The notes below the pieces were generated by a model, which saw only the letters and a list, made by a program, of their open reading frames with translations, did not search any database and had not been told where the DNA came from. A stretch of DNA of 64,000 nt from Mytilus californianus (lineage: Eukaryota). The position numbers and the translations under genes are program-made. Below are positions 1 to 12,777 of this stretch, one piece after another (the stretch's first letter is position 1; every line of letters starts with the position of its first letter). The DNA lies in contig NW_026262582.1 of assembly GCF_021869535.1 (NCBI RefSeq), positions 37,510,001 to 37,574,000 of the forward strand. The letters are read 5' to 3'.

Positions 1-900
1 TCGTACACAATGTCTCTCTTTAGGGGAAGGGTTCAGCAGACAAGAACATGTTTATAGTTTTGCACCTTATGAATATCAGTCAATGAGTCAAGGGTCATGT
101 GCCTATCACTACGTGGTAGTTGTTGGCTGCTGTCTATTATATTGATGTTTAGTTTATTGCTTTTTACACAAATCAAACCGTTCTTTTTCTCGTTTGAATT
201 TAACATTTTGTCATGTTGTGACATTTCATAGTTTATTAAAATGTTCTGGTTCTGCGCATTGTCGAATGGTGACTTATAGTTGCTAATATCCACGTCATTA
301 TGTCTACAGAAGATTTGTCTTCTTACCACGTATTAGGATTCTACACATGAAGTGCGTTAACATAGGAGTGATTACAGTTGTTGACTAATAATCATAGGAT
401 TGTTATTTAACAATTAATCCTTCCAATCAATTTAATCTATTTGCTGCTGGTGAAAAATATGTTTGCTTCATGTTCATGATTGTGACAATATACAAAAGTA
501 TAGAACAATTTCAATTCGATACATCAATTAAATAAAACACAATAGACAGATAAATAGAGTTGTCAAGAACTATAATATTAAAAACAGCCTATTAGAGCGC
601 CTATTATAATGACATAGTCTTAAGATATATTGTAAAGGCAATCAACGTTGTTCGGCTTTATCAATCCCTATTTGCTCTTTTGCCTTAAAAGTAATACAAA
701 AGTCTTTAACACAAAAAAATGACTGTTTTCAATTTCAAAAAACGATATTTTATGGTCTCTGTTTCATTACTTTTTGAAAAACACACAAACAAAAACTCAC
801 GATCATAAATTTATCAATATCTTCACAAGATAGTCATGATAGTTTTATCTATACATCCAATTTAATGTTGGAAATGTATTCATTATAATACTTAGCTTAC

Positions 901-1329
901 CTTTATCATATTTGATTGTATCATTAACATGATTAACTTTGAAATTCCCTTCTTCTGTTTGACCTGCTGCACTATGAGATGATATATTAAATGAATGATA
1001 ACTTGGGACTCTTTTTTGAAGACTTACACTTTCGTTTATTTCGATGAAGTATGTGGCTGTATCGAAACCGTATCGGCATCGGTAAGTTATATTTACATCC
1101 TTCTCTGTAACATTGATTATTTTAAGACTGAACTCATTCCCTTGTAAAATTGTTTCTTCGTACTTTCTGTGATTGTTTATTCGGCCATTGTAGCTCAATA
1201 GTTCGTCATGATTTCCCATTGACCATTGTCTTGTAACGTCTCTATCTACTGTGCTTAATCCATTTACTGTGCATGTCAATATGATATATCCTCCAAACAT
1301 AATGGAATCTTTCCTCATTTTTAATGACA
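901..1329 (-). CDS. Gene 1 Ig domain 2 exon (429 nt, phase 1-1, if read to the AAAG|GTAAGC donor; internal alternative donors at 1027/1029)
   Basis: Acceptor ctgttttttcag|; about 60% aa identity to Ig domain 1 by eye; frame open to 845; 3' boundary uncertain. Confidence 0.75.
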
Positions 1330-4300
1330 CTGAAAAAACAGAACAATAGCTGATAGTTTAATTTTGAAAATCAACATATATGCCATACATAAATATTTAT
1401 TGGTATTACACATACACACTTCAGTAGTGCTCATTAAATAAATGTAATTATTTTAACCTATTGCCCACAATTCAATGTGCATTGTTAGTTTTGTTTTAAA
1501 GAAAGTAAACTTATAACATAAGCCTGCACATGCTATACCTGACATTGCAGTAAAAAGTGTACGCAACTGTAGTTTACCGATGTTCAAATTTCTTCATCTA
1601 TCGGTTTACAAGAACATATCAGGTTAAGAAATACACATTGAGAAATTTGTACGAACTGTAAAAGAAGAAAGGTTGGGTGTAGCGGCATTTTAATCGTTTC
1701 GTACGCAGACCATGATAATTTAGTTTGTTTCTATGTATGTTAGCGGGTTTTTCTCAGTGTTTTTTTCCCACTTCAGTGTTCCTGTTTTTCGTTTGTTTTC
1801 CTGTTATAGTTGATGCGTTTCCCTATGTTTTTGTTTGTAACACGGATTTGTTTTCTCTCAATCGATATATGACCTTTGAACACCGGTATCTTGCTATTGC
1901 ATGTTACAATCTGTTTAATCAGGCGATTAGTTTAACATCTAATTCATAAACATCTTATCGTTCAACAAATTTTATGATTTCATGATTTCATCTTCCATTG
2001 TAATTTGTTTTGCACTTTGACTTCTATTAGATTATATCCCCTCAGTAAACTATATTTCATTATTCACGAAACATATAATAAAGCTTATCCATTTTCGTTA
2101 TTTCTATTACTGTGGATTCATTACTATTCGTTGGATACCAATTTTCGTGGATTTCGTGTGATAAGATGACCAACGAAATTAAATGTTCAAAGAATGACAA
2201 ATTTTCTATAGGCTTGTAGGCAAACTTTCGCAAAACCACGAAATCAAATATTCACGAACATGCAAGTTTTCCTTAATCCACGAAAACTGGTACCCACAAA
2301 AATAAAGGAATTCACAGCATATAAGACCCAATACTTACAAAACAATTTGTATTCATCTGCTTCAATTAGTTTACTTGCTGCATCAAATCCATAACGACAT
2401 TGATAAACTACGTTGAGATCTGATTCTGTTACATTGAATATTGTAAGACTAAACTCATATCTTGGAAGTACTTTTTCTTTATATTTCCTGAGATTATTTA
2501 TTCGACCATTGTAACATAACAGCTTGTCATCATCCCCCATGGACCACTGTCTTGTTGTTGTGATGTCGATTGTTTGTATTCCATGGACTGTGCAGGTCAA
2601 AACTATATAATTACCAAACGAAATTGTATCTTTTGTCATTTTTAATGAAACTGAAAAGGATCAATTTAAATGTTAATAATGATAGTGAATTGAACGTTTC
2701 ATGATATGAACATTTCCCCATTAAATTTGATTACAAATAAATTGAATTGATATTCTGGCCTTCGATGTTCGTTTAAGGTCAAACTATGATTTTTCTCACA
2801 GTGTTATCAATGTAGATATCATTGAAATTGAAAAGGAAATTTATAACCGTTTTATGTTTAAAGTGCTCGTATTTTAGCATATACATGAGTCTGCACTAGC
2901 TTTCATATACTTGTGATATTTAAGCAAACACGATAGCTATTGTCTCAATTCTATTTAAATAAAAACAGTTCATGGGAAGACATACTTCAGAAAAAAGGAA
3001 ATTGTCTCTTATTTATTCTGAAAGAAAAACTATAAATATATGTTGAAAGTAAAATCCCCAAAATACTGAACTCTGATGAAAATTCAAAACGGAATGGAAA
3101 CATCAAAAGCTCAAACACATCAAACGATTGGACAACAACTGTCATATTCCTGACTAAAAAGCTAATGACTGTGTGTGTCCTTTCAAAATAGTATCTTTAC
3201 GGGTTTTAACTAGTTTGGATGAATCAAACGTTCTATTTTTTTATTTCCGATACTCAGGTCATACTTTATGTATTGAGAGTTGTTGTCACATTGACGTTAA
3301 CACATTATATCATAAGACTTACACCAGTTTATCACTCTTTGCCGCCAAACATTATTTCTTAATATTTACTTATTGTAAAGAAATTATTCAAGTAAAACAT
3401 CAAAATAATTTGAAAATCTCAAAGGATATACAGGGTTTTAATTTGGTCATGGAACATATAGCATGTGTTATAATTCATTACGTCATCATGTCTACCCAAA
3501 ACATTATTTCATTATGATGTTTCAATGCACTTAATCTGTAAAGGTAAGTTACATTATTTTCCCAACAATAACTAAATGCTATGACTTATAGTCAAATGAC
3601 CTTAATTTATCAAACAACTAATGAATAATAGATTGTTAATTGCAAATATATGTATTGTAGATGAGAGATGTGAAGTCGTTGAAATAATTTTATAGTAACT
3701 TGAAAGATGAAAAACGTCAATAATTGCACCTCCTTGTTATGTATAATATAAATTAAATAGAACATTGCTCTGATATCTATATCTACATCATGTTTGCTTT
3801 TTTTCAAAATTAGGATAATGCATTCGTGACTTTATAAAAAAAGTGCTTGTATGTGAAAATATAAGTGCAAAATATATATCCTGCATCAGTCAATCCAGTA
3901 TAGGTGTTAGTGTGATGTTGGTTTGCTGTATAATTGACGTATACTTTAAATGAAGTTTGATTTAAATAATTTTACTTTAATATATAATTACAAATATATG
4001 TTACTTATATAGAGTTCTTCTAATCTTATTTTTGTATACACTAGATTTATACGTTTTTGTGTTATTGTGTTATATAAAAATCCAGCATGACATTGATCAA
4101 ACATAAAAGATTAAAATACCTTTACAATGTTTACATATTTTTTTTTATCTTAAGATAAAATATACAATGTTAGTGGTTTTAACCACACAATGTTGATGTA
4201 TAACATTTGTAAATAAAAACTGTTGTGTTAAGTGCATAACAAACCTCTATCTAAAAAAAGTATTTGAGGGAAAGGCGTAAGTATAACCACATAAATTCAC

Positions 4301-5370
4301 AATTGATTACCGGTTGGTGATACATTTTAGATTGTAATATGACAAATAGTTATTCTTTTAGTATATAAATCAGTGGATAAAAGGTGTGTCAAGCAAAAAT
4401 AATTGTGTCGAATATTTGAGATAAGAAATGATCGAGATAACTACCAAATATTGCGATTGACAAACGTCAATAGAGGTACAATGAATTGATGTTCCTCAGG
4501 TTTTAGTTCCTCATTTTAACGTAATAAGAAATTAGCTACAATATAAAAATCCACAGCACATTAGCCTTTTTACGTTTGATAATATACGTTCGTCTTTGTA
4601 AGTTTATTTGAAAATGCTGATGAGTGTAGTTTCAAATTATAAGCTTGAAATCATTGAAATCAATTCAAATGGGATAGTAATAGATGATAAATAAAATTTC
4701 TTTCATTCAAAGCATTTACAATAAGACATAACACCTAGCTGATTCCTTTTTTTTTACAATTCTTTATATTTGCAAATAAACTATTCATAGATACCAGGAT
4801 TGAGATTAAGTATTTGCGCCAGAAGCGCGTTTCGTCTACAAAAGGCAATGTTGACAATAAAGGGGAAACTCAATGATCAACATCATGACTGAGTTGATCG
4901 AAACAGACCATTTGTGCCACAGAAAAATACGGTTATAATCAATCTATGCAATTATATAATCATGTTATTCTTTTCAGATAGAGACTATGATAATAGGCTT
5001 TTTTAAAAAATATGTTTATATGGGTAAAAATAGTGTTGTTACTGGAAACTAGAGACTTGAAGCATAAAAGTGATAAACACTTCGGAGTGCGAGATTTCAT
5101 CTTCAAATTATGACGAAGTTAGTTTGTCTTAGTTTATTGTATTTTCAACTTTTCGTCGCCCTTGACTGATTTTGTTTTCGTTAACTATTACCAACTGTCT
5201 GTTGATACTTTTTAAATAATCTATCTATGGTAAGAAATTTCGTAAATTGTGACCGTAAAACTCGTTTTGAAAATATATTGACCACTGACAGCTGTATAAT
5301 TATTTTACTCACCTTCGGCATTTATTTCAATTAAAAATAGAATAAAGCTGATGTTATGCAGAAATGGCAT
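901..5370 (-). CDS. Gene 1 (probably incomplete at its 3' end): secreted or membrane IgSF protein, signal peptide plus two tandem RQW-type Ig domains; join(5370..5313,2650..2339,1329..901)
   Basis: Phase-1 GT-AG junctions join in frame: MPFLHNISFILFLIEINAE|VSLKMTKDTISFGNYIVLTC...YQCRYGF...|(L)SLKMRKDSIMFGGYIILTC...YRCRYGF. Both domains show C...RQW...D-x-N-x-x-Y-x-C. A strong phase-1 donor at 900 implies further exons, and I found no convincing next exon in 1-900. Confidence 0.75.
2108..2320. mobile_element. ~210-bp MITE, TA-flanked (Tc1/mariner-like)
   Basis: TACTGTGGATTC...GAATTCACAGCA terminal inverted repeats, plus internal TTTTCGTGG/CCACGAAAA inversions. Confidence 0.7.
2339..2650 (-). 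CDS. Gene 1 Ig domain 1 exon (312 nt, phase 1-1)
   Basis: Acceptor tccttttcag|, donor T|GTAAGT, open frame with Ig Cys-Trp-Cys pattern (ORF 2244..2639). Confidence 0.9.
5313..5370 (-). CDS. Gene 1 signal-peptide exon (MPFLHNISFILFLIEINAE)
   Basis: Acceptor tttattgtag| before 5379, ATG at 5370, consensus donor AAG|GTGAGT at 5312, phase 1, matching the next exon. Confidence 0.7.
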
Positions 5371-6248
5371 TCTTGAAAACTACAATAAACATAAAGTCTG
5401 TAATTAGTATTAACATATTAAATTTATCTTTGCATTTCAAATGCTTAATGTCCCAGACAGTATTTAGGGACATATACAAATGATTATAAAAGATGCTATT
5501 TGTTTAATTTTAAGATTCGTTATACCGTAGTTTCTTGGCCTACAGATAGCATCTTAATTTCATTTCGGTTTTACCGCTCCACTGTTCTTGATACTTATGA
5601 GTTCGTTGCATTTCTTTTCATAATCTACTATAAACATCGAAAAAGATTTTTCTATTGCTTATCTTTTTCTTTTCAAATATTGTACTATTCAGAAATAGCT
5701 CTTTTATGAAATCATAACGGACATTTTCTGAGGTAACGTTTGCATAGGATTCCTTAACAAAACATTTGATTTCATGTAGGGTGACAATAGCTAATCAACT
5801 TGTCAAATTTGAAATAAGTACGTTGGCAGATCTAGGGTTGATATTATCCGTATTTACAGTGTTTGTAATGACTATTTTTTATTTATAAATTTAAACTTTT
5901 CCAACACGCACGTTGAGATTGATAAAAATAAACGGTTACATATCAACCGTAATGATTAGAGCAAAATATTTTACTTTCTATTTTATACTGGCGATGCACA
6001 GGTTTTGTATTTGAAATAATTAAGGGTTCTTTTACACATACAAATAAGCGTGCAATATATCCACACACGAAGGACATCTCTTCAACAATAATGATAATGA
6101 CTATAGATGTCTGTTTAACTTCAAGCGGAAAATATGAATATCAACCCTGCTTTATTAAGCATTGTAGGCTACAACAGAACTAGGGATTACAAAATGGGAA
6201 TACTTTTAAGAATAAAATAACGACGTAATGAAATTAAGATGAAAAACA

Positions 6249-6392
6249 GCCTTTTATAGCTGACTATGCGGTAACGGCTTTGCTCATTGTTAAAGGCCGT
6301 ACGGTGACCTATAGTTGTTAATTTCTGTGTCATTTAAATTTGGTCTCTTGTGGAGAGTTGTCTCATTGGCAAGCATACCACATCTTTTTTAA
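6249..6392 (+). repeat. Interspersed family A (...GACCTATAGTTG...GAGAGTTGTCTCATTGGC..CATACCACATCTT); other copies ~170-330(+), 29880-29975(-), 30600-30838(+), 31100-31210(+), 33140-33340(+), 34555-34670(-), 40536-40615(-), 59140-59260(+)
   Basis: Same motif recurs at all listed sites with a common 3' end and variable 5' truncation. Confidence 0.85.
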
Positions 6393-7089
6393 TATTAAGT
6401 TAGAGTTAAGTAGAATAGAAAGGCAGTTAAATAAGATGGCGGTATGCAAACATGTTTTAGTACACATTTCTCCCACCTTCGTTCATCAGTTTTTAATACC
6501 CCCATTATAAAGGAAAACAGGAAATCCGAGGTATACGTTTGAAAACTCTCAAAGAATAGAAATCTGTTCAGAAGCACACAGATTATGCACAGATGTGTAT
6601 TAAAAATGTGTAACTTGTATTTCAGGGTTAGAGGTCAAGGTCACAATGTGTCTAAAGTTTTTCGTTGTCTTGTGGCAATCTAGAGTCGAAATATGTTGAT
6701 AAATCACAAATAAACTTGGTTCAATGTTAAACTTGATCAGGCAGGGAGTAATCTGCATTCAAGTCTGATAATAGTTAAATAGACATGATACAAAGACGAT
6801 GGACTCCGAATTAATCCCAGCTAAAAAGGTAGAATATGTATAACAGGAAATGTATAGCTCATTGACCTCATATTTTCTTGAAAGCTGATCTTTTACCAAT
6901 ATGTTTGCCATTTGCCAACTTGTCTCTCGTTGACAAATATGCCACCCCAAAACGTTCCCCTTTTCTTGCTGATACAGTCACTTATATGGCAGTCACATAC
7001 AAAATCTATTTCTGATTGATCAAAATTTAGAGATATTTTTTGAAAGTATTACCAGAAATGAGATACATTTTTGCAAGAATAATGCATTG

Positions 7090-7860
7090 CATGTATTCAA
7101 GATTAGATGACGCTAGCATTATTCTTCAACTTCACTTTCCGCTATAAAGCTGATGTCCTATCTCTATAAAGCTGATGTCCTATCTCTATAAAGCTGATGT
7201 CCTATCTCTATAAAGCTGATGTCCTATCTCTATAAAGCTGATGTCCTATCTCTATAAAGCTGATGTCCTATCTCTATAAAGCTGATGTCCTATCTCTAAT
7301 TCTTTTACGACAAAAGAGACGATTTCAGCATCACAATAAGGAACTTTCCAGTACTATATAGACTAGCATTATTTTAGCAGCACCTGGAAATTGAGTGTAT
7401 ATCTTATAGTTGATACAACATTCCAGGGCTTGCATTGAAAGAGGATTACTGCCAAAAGGAAGCTATCTAACCTAGAGTTCCAAGTGGTAAAGTTGCAATC
7501 ATCCCTTCGAAAATTTTACAGACGCTATCACGAGTTTGTTGACTGTCATGGAATATCTGTTTCCCAGATGGCAACAGATATGTTCCAATTGTCGAAACCA
7601 CTATCCCTTCCTCTCTTCCCCAAATGTATCCCAACGAATAAGACTTATCACCGGGTTAGTAATTAAACAAGCAATTCGACCAAGGTCACATGTGAAGCAG
7701 GAACTTCAACCATTTTTCAAAGCACCTGAGATTACAAAAGTGTTGTTTTAAAGAGGTTCGTGTCGCTCTTGTTTTAGTTTTACGTGTTCTTATTCGTGTG
7801 TTTTGAATTTTCAATGTCTGTGATGTTTATGCCGGTAGCAGTCTTGTCTATCCTTTGTCA
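7090..7860 (+). mobile_element. Penelope-like element (PLE) RT relic with 3' end
   Basis: FNFTFRY(K)(A)DVLSL (cf. FRYIDD), YDKRDDFS, VVKLQSSLRKFYRRYHEFVD; shared 3' tail. Confidence 0.75.
7142..7298 (+). repeat. Perfect 22-bp tandem array (CTATAAAGCTGATGTCCTATCT) x7
   Basis: Unit starts at 7142, 7164, 7186, 7208, 7230, 7252, 7274; no spacers. Confidence 0.97.
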
Positions 7861-7952
7861 TGGAAAACGTTTCAATTTGAAAATTTCACACTCGGTCAAG
7901 TTTAAAGGTTAGAAAATTTACATGACAGATTGCTTACGAATTTGGTGATGTC

Positions 7953-8361
7953 TTAAGGATGTCCTTAGGTGAGCTTTTGGAATTAGTGTCTGATGTTCGT
8001 ACTCATAGGTGTTTTTTCCATACGATACAAGGTAACATATTTTGCCCCATAACACCTATTTATCTCTTAATATAAGACTTAATAGCTCATAAAAAGTCAT
8101 TTGACAAAATTTGAGCAGATTCTTGATTTTCTTTCTTATGATTTGAGACCCCAAAAATACCAATACAAATATAAGGTAAAAGTCCGAGTCAGCCTTTTCC
8201 CGCCATATTTTATAAATCAAATATCTCGAAAAGGAGCTCCGTGACTTATCAATATTTTTAGGTTATTCTGATCCTTAACTAACACTCTTCCAGCTTATAG
8301 TATCAATTTTAAATTCTTGATTTATTTAATTTCACCTTAGATCACCTAAGTACACCCTTAA
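7953..8361. mobile_element. ~400-bp MITE with TTAA target duplication and GG-starting TIRs (Kolobok-like)
   Basis: TTAA-GGATGTCCTTAGGTGA ... TCACCTAAGTACACCC-TTAA. Confidence 0.75.
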
Positions 8362-11300
8362 GGTTAGATATGTGTCGATTACCTATCCGCTATTGTGTGA
8401 CGTCTTATCACTTGATATAGCCTATTAACAAATTAATCTTTTTCTTTTGGTCTTTTCCGTTTTTTTCATGGGGTTGTAAGTTTATTTTCGACTTATGAAT
8501 TTGAATGTTCTTTTGATACCTTTCTCTTCTCTTTTTCTAAAAAGTTCTTTTTTCTGCCGCCAAATATAGTTCAGGTATATAGTCAAATTCATATCGATAC
8601 GTCTACACGTTATACAATGGTTTTTGTACTGCGTTAAACAGTTTTGGATTGAATTTGGTTAATTTAACGTTTATCGTCTTAGAATTATCGTTGTTTTATC
8701 TGTTTATTTCTCACGAACAACATAGAAATAAATCTGAATGTGACTCCTTTGTCTATTTATGAACTATTCATCTGTAAATAAAAAAAGCAAGCAAATAAAC
8801 GTAGGTGTTTATTCCTTATCTAGTGAAGTCTTTTGATTTTAAAGTTGCGAACAAGGTAAGGCATCTGTTTTATAGCAAACTAGTTTCTATATTGTTATGA
8901 ATCACTGTTAAAAGCCAAATTCAGGACAAATCCGTGTAAATGACAAGTAATTGATAGAAATAAAAAATCAGTTACCACAAACTTTGGTTATAATTTTACT
9001 GTATAATAATAATGCACGATATTTACACATGGGAACTTACTTCAATTAATAAACTAATACATACATCAATAATTGACCTATTCATTATTTGTATACTAGT
9101 ACTTCAGTTCACATGGGAAATTATATGCAAGATTAACTATGAAAGACGATTATATACGTTCTCATTGTTACATTGTGAACTTCAACCCAGGCCCGTAGGT
9201 AATTTTCTTTCTGACAGGATAATATAACTTCCGATATCTGACTATACAAATTGATTGACAACATTTTAATGAGGGAGCTTAGGTAGGAAGAAATATTCGT
9301 TTTATACAAAATTTCGATGAATTGCCTTTAGAGCATTTCTGTTTCTTTTTTTTGAACAGAAAAAAAAAAACATTTGATCAAAATATTAATCTACTTGCAC
9401 ATGAACCCATGTGATGTGCACCTATACTCTATTTAATCATAATACGTTTATCGGTGCATAGCATACATTTTACAAATATATTTTTGATATAAAATCGTAT
9501 ATCAAATTTACAAGTAAAAACAATGTTATTATTGATAGCTTTTTAAATGTTTTCCAGCGTATATATAACGAAACCGTCAGATGAATATATTGTGTCATTG
9601 TTTTATGGCTTGAGGTGCAAACATCGCAAGCGCGTTTCTTTCTTTTGATCATTTTATAATGAGTGTGTTTATGTCTTGATTATGTAAAACAGCTTTCAAT
9701 CACTTGTACATCAAAAGGCTTTGAATACTTTATGAATCATTTGTTTTCTTTGTCTGTGTTTGTAATTGAAGTTGAAAATTAACTCTTTACATCCTTATTA
9801 CCATAGGAGGATTTTGTCAATTCAAAATTTTTCAATTTCTTTCTATCTATTGTTTGATAATTCAAACAGGGATCAACAAAACGCATCTAATCCATTTTTA
9901 TCATTTTTGAAACAGCAATCAACAAATTGACGTACCCCAACAAACGTCGTTTTACTCTTGTTCAAATATCTTACTCATATAAAAATACATATCTAGGTTA
10001 AGAAAGGAGCGAGCCTGGGTTCGTCTCATATTAATTATGCTTCATCCACCATTCGAAGTTAGAGTCATTCAAAATGTCACAATCGGGAAAGAAAACACAT
10101 ATCTCTAACTGTATGGTATACTCATATAAAATTTATCTTGAATACTATTTCTATATATACTCAAAGGAAATTCTTTAAAAATCTAAATCAAGTTTTTTCA
10201 ATTCATAAATTAGATAAATAAAAACTTCTTTGATATTTTGATAACGTTTTTAAATCTATCATAATGTGTCATCCATGAAAAAAGGTGAAATCAATTATAC
10301 ATTAGATCTTTTTTAAACGACATTCAAGATGACATGATTTAATTGAGAAGTGCATATTTCGCATTATTTTCGATATTCAGGGTGCAATATTTACGTTTTT
10401 CATTGAAAAAAAGAAATTAAATCATATTTGTATCATAATGGAGGCATGATTGACTTTTATTAATTATAGTATATGAGCCATCAAGGGCGCGGTTATCTGA
10501 TTGTCATCTGTTTATAGGATAAAATGTATGTTATTTTCAACAGCTCCTAATAATACAAACTAAACATTTAGAATTAAATACAAGGAGTATGACACATTGT
10601 CTTTTTTTCTTTATAGTGATATCAAAACGGAGAACGAGAACATATCATAAAACAAGTATATTTATGGAAATTTGTCAAATGGTGAATGGCTCTGAAATAT
10701 GATACAAATTGACTTGATCAATGGAAGCAACTATCAATTAAATGAATTTTTACAATAACAAACTACACATATCTTTTATCGGAAACATGCAGAAACGGTA
10801 TGCTTGACCTCTTACGTAACATGCTTCTACAATAATGGAGATTTACCGATGTCAGATTGTTTCATGATTTGTACGTTGTATTTTAAAAGCTTTGTTATGT
10901 TATCTGTTATTGATGTTGTCAAAATGTAAATATATAGCATTGTTATTTAGTAGCAATTATCCAGTTTAGCATCACGTATTAACAAAGCATATGGTGATTT
11001 CTTTTGAAATAATGTTTATGTACAAGTCCTAAACGGAACAAAAATATATCTGACAGTAGCAAGGTAATTGTTCAAATTTACAGAGGACAGCAAAACAAAG
11101 AGAAATGTATTCTAGATTAACGGCAAAACAAGATCGTAATATACATGTTTCCCATTTAAATTTCTTTATCGTTATTTGTAACTAAAACACATTGAATATT
11201 TCGTATGAATCAATTCATTCTCACAAATAATACTACAACAACAAAAAATGAAACAAACTACAGTATTATTTTAAATTGTACAAATCTTTATCGTTTCATT

Positions 11301-11959
11301 GTGAAGTATTCAGAGCACCTTCCTCTCCCGAGTTTCATACATGCCATTGATCCCTCTATTTTAGCATCCAACATTTACGTTGCAAAAATGACATCATAGA
11401 CAATTTAATTTGTTTAATGGTAGAACAGCAAAGTCAGTTTGAATTAACAACTATTGTAATAGGAAAAAGTTTTGTTCAAACTATAAAAATTTATAATTCA
11501 TAAATATGACATGTCTAAGATGAATTTGTACAAAAACATGATTAATACAATAAATTGTACACAAAAGAAACTGTCGCTAATATAATATCTTTATCATACT
11601 TTTCTAAATATTATTTGTATTTAAATGTTAAGAATTCTTACCAGATTTTTTTTATTCAATACTAGTGCTTAGTCCAGTGTTCAAAAATATTCTAAATCAT
11701 GACACATTTTAGCAGGATACACTCTCCCATAAAATTGAACCTACGTGTTATTATTTGATCTTACAAATGATAACTTTACGTTTATAAATACATATGTAAA
11801 AGATCACCGCGGGAGTTAAAGGGACCGTTTACCAAAATTGGTATGTATAGATATTTTAGGAACAATTTAACAATTTACCTTTAACATGCTAATTATTGTG
11901 AACAAATACTTATAAATTTCGTACTTTAATTTGACCTTTTTATTTTTTTTTTATTCGAG

Positions 11960-12001
11960 CGTCGCTGATGACTCTTTTATGGATGAAACAAGCGACTGAC
12001 G
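11960..12001 (+). ncRNA. Degenerate type I hammerhead (probably inactive)
   Basis: CGUCG CUGAUGA CUC UUUUAUG GAU GAAAC AAGC GAC UGACG; cleavage triplet GAC instead of NUH. Confidence 0.6.
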
Positions 12002-12672
12002 TACAAAGTTTTATCCTGGAATCTATGATAAGTTTATTAGTCATATTTCATATTGTTTCACATAATATTTCTATATACAAACTTGCTACATCAAATATAA
12101 ACCGTTTTAAAGTAAACGGTGAATAGAGTACACAAATAGAATGCTCCGGTTTGCGAATAGAAGTGGGTGATATATAAACAATTTTAGACGTCACCGTGAT
12201 TTTTCAAATCATAACACTACTAGATAATAAATCCAAACAAAATATCAGTATATCGAAATCTTCTATACCATTTACTGGTGGAATATATTTATCTGTGAGC
12301 AACTGGAGGTTATTGTTTTAATGTCTTGTACTCTACTCTTAACTAACAATAATATCAGTACCACAAAATGAAGTAGTCAAGGTACGATAACAATTGATCA
12401 CATATGAGTAAAGCCTGTACAGGAGTTTATGATAATGCCTATATGATATGTGTCTCTTGAATTTAGAAAAATAGGATGATATGTATACACAAATATGTAT
12501 TTCGTTGGTATCTATATTTCCTGCTCATATAAATTTATTTTAAATTGAGGAATGAATCTACTGCATGCAAACCTCCGAAGCCTTCGTTGAGTTTTGCTTA
12601 CTTTTTTGTCCGATTTGGTTTATAGTTCTTTATTATTTTAAAAAGCTTTGTTTTTAAATATTTTGTCTTGAA

Positions 12673-12721
12673 GCATCACTTAAGATAAGAGACATTGATT
12701 GTCGAAATGCGCATCTGATGC
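12673..12721 (+). ncRNA. Degenerate hammerhead of a second family
   Basis: Stem I GCAUCA/UGAUGC, stem II GAC-AUUGAUU-GUC, GAAAU-GCGC-AUC; core CUGAnGA replaced by CUUAAGAUAAGA. Confidence 0.55.
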
Positions 12722-12777
12722 AGAAAACATAGTACCGTTTATGTTTTTGATGTTAGATTGACCATAATGGTCGATTA

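Noticed and set aside
33-329. 98-aa minus ORF as the next exon of gene 1
   Set aside because: Half of it is the antisense of a family A repeat; no phase-compatible acceptor/donor pair gave a convincing exon
327-384. Candidate exon ending at GTG|GTAAGA (326)
   Set aside because: Phase-1 reading hits a stop; the donor lies in the decayed end of a repeat
4120-4250. AG...GT-bounded segment with MLYINIVWLKPLTLYILS as gene 1 signal exon
   Set aside because: In-frame TAA and wrong phase; 5313-5370 fits far better
6759-6950. 63-aa ORF with mildly protein-like composition
   Set aside because: No recognisable domain or splice context
7142-7298. 22-bp array as a CRISPR array
   Set aside because: Head-to-tail units with no spacers, eukaryotic context, no cas genes
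11205-11399. Thr/Asn-rich ORF resembling a stalk exon
   Set aside because: Plus strand, low-complexity A/C-rich sequence, no partner exons
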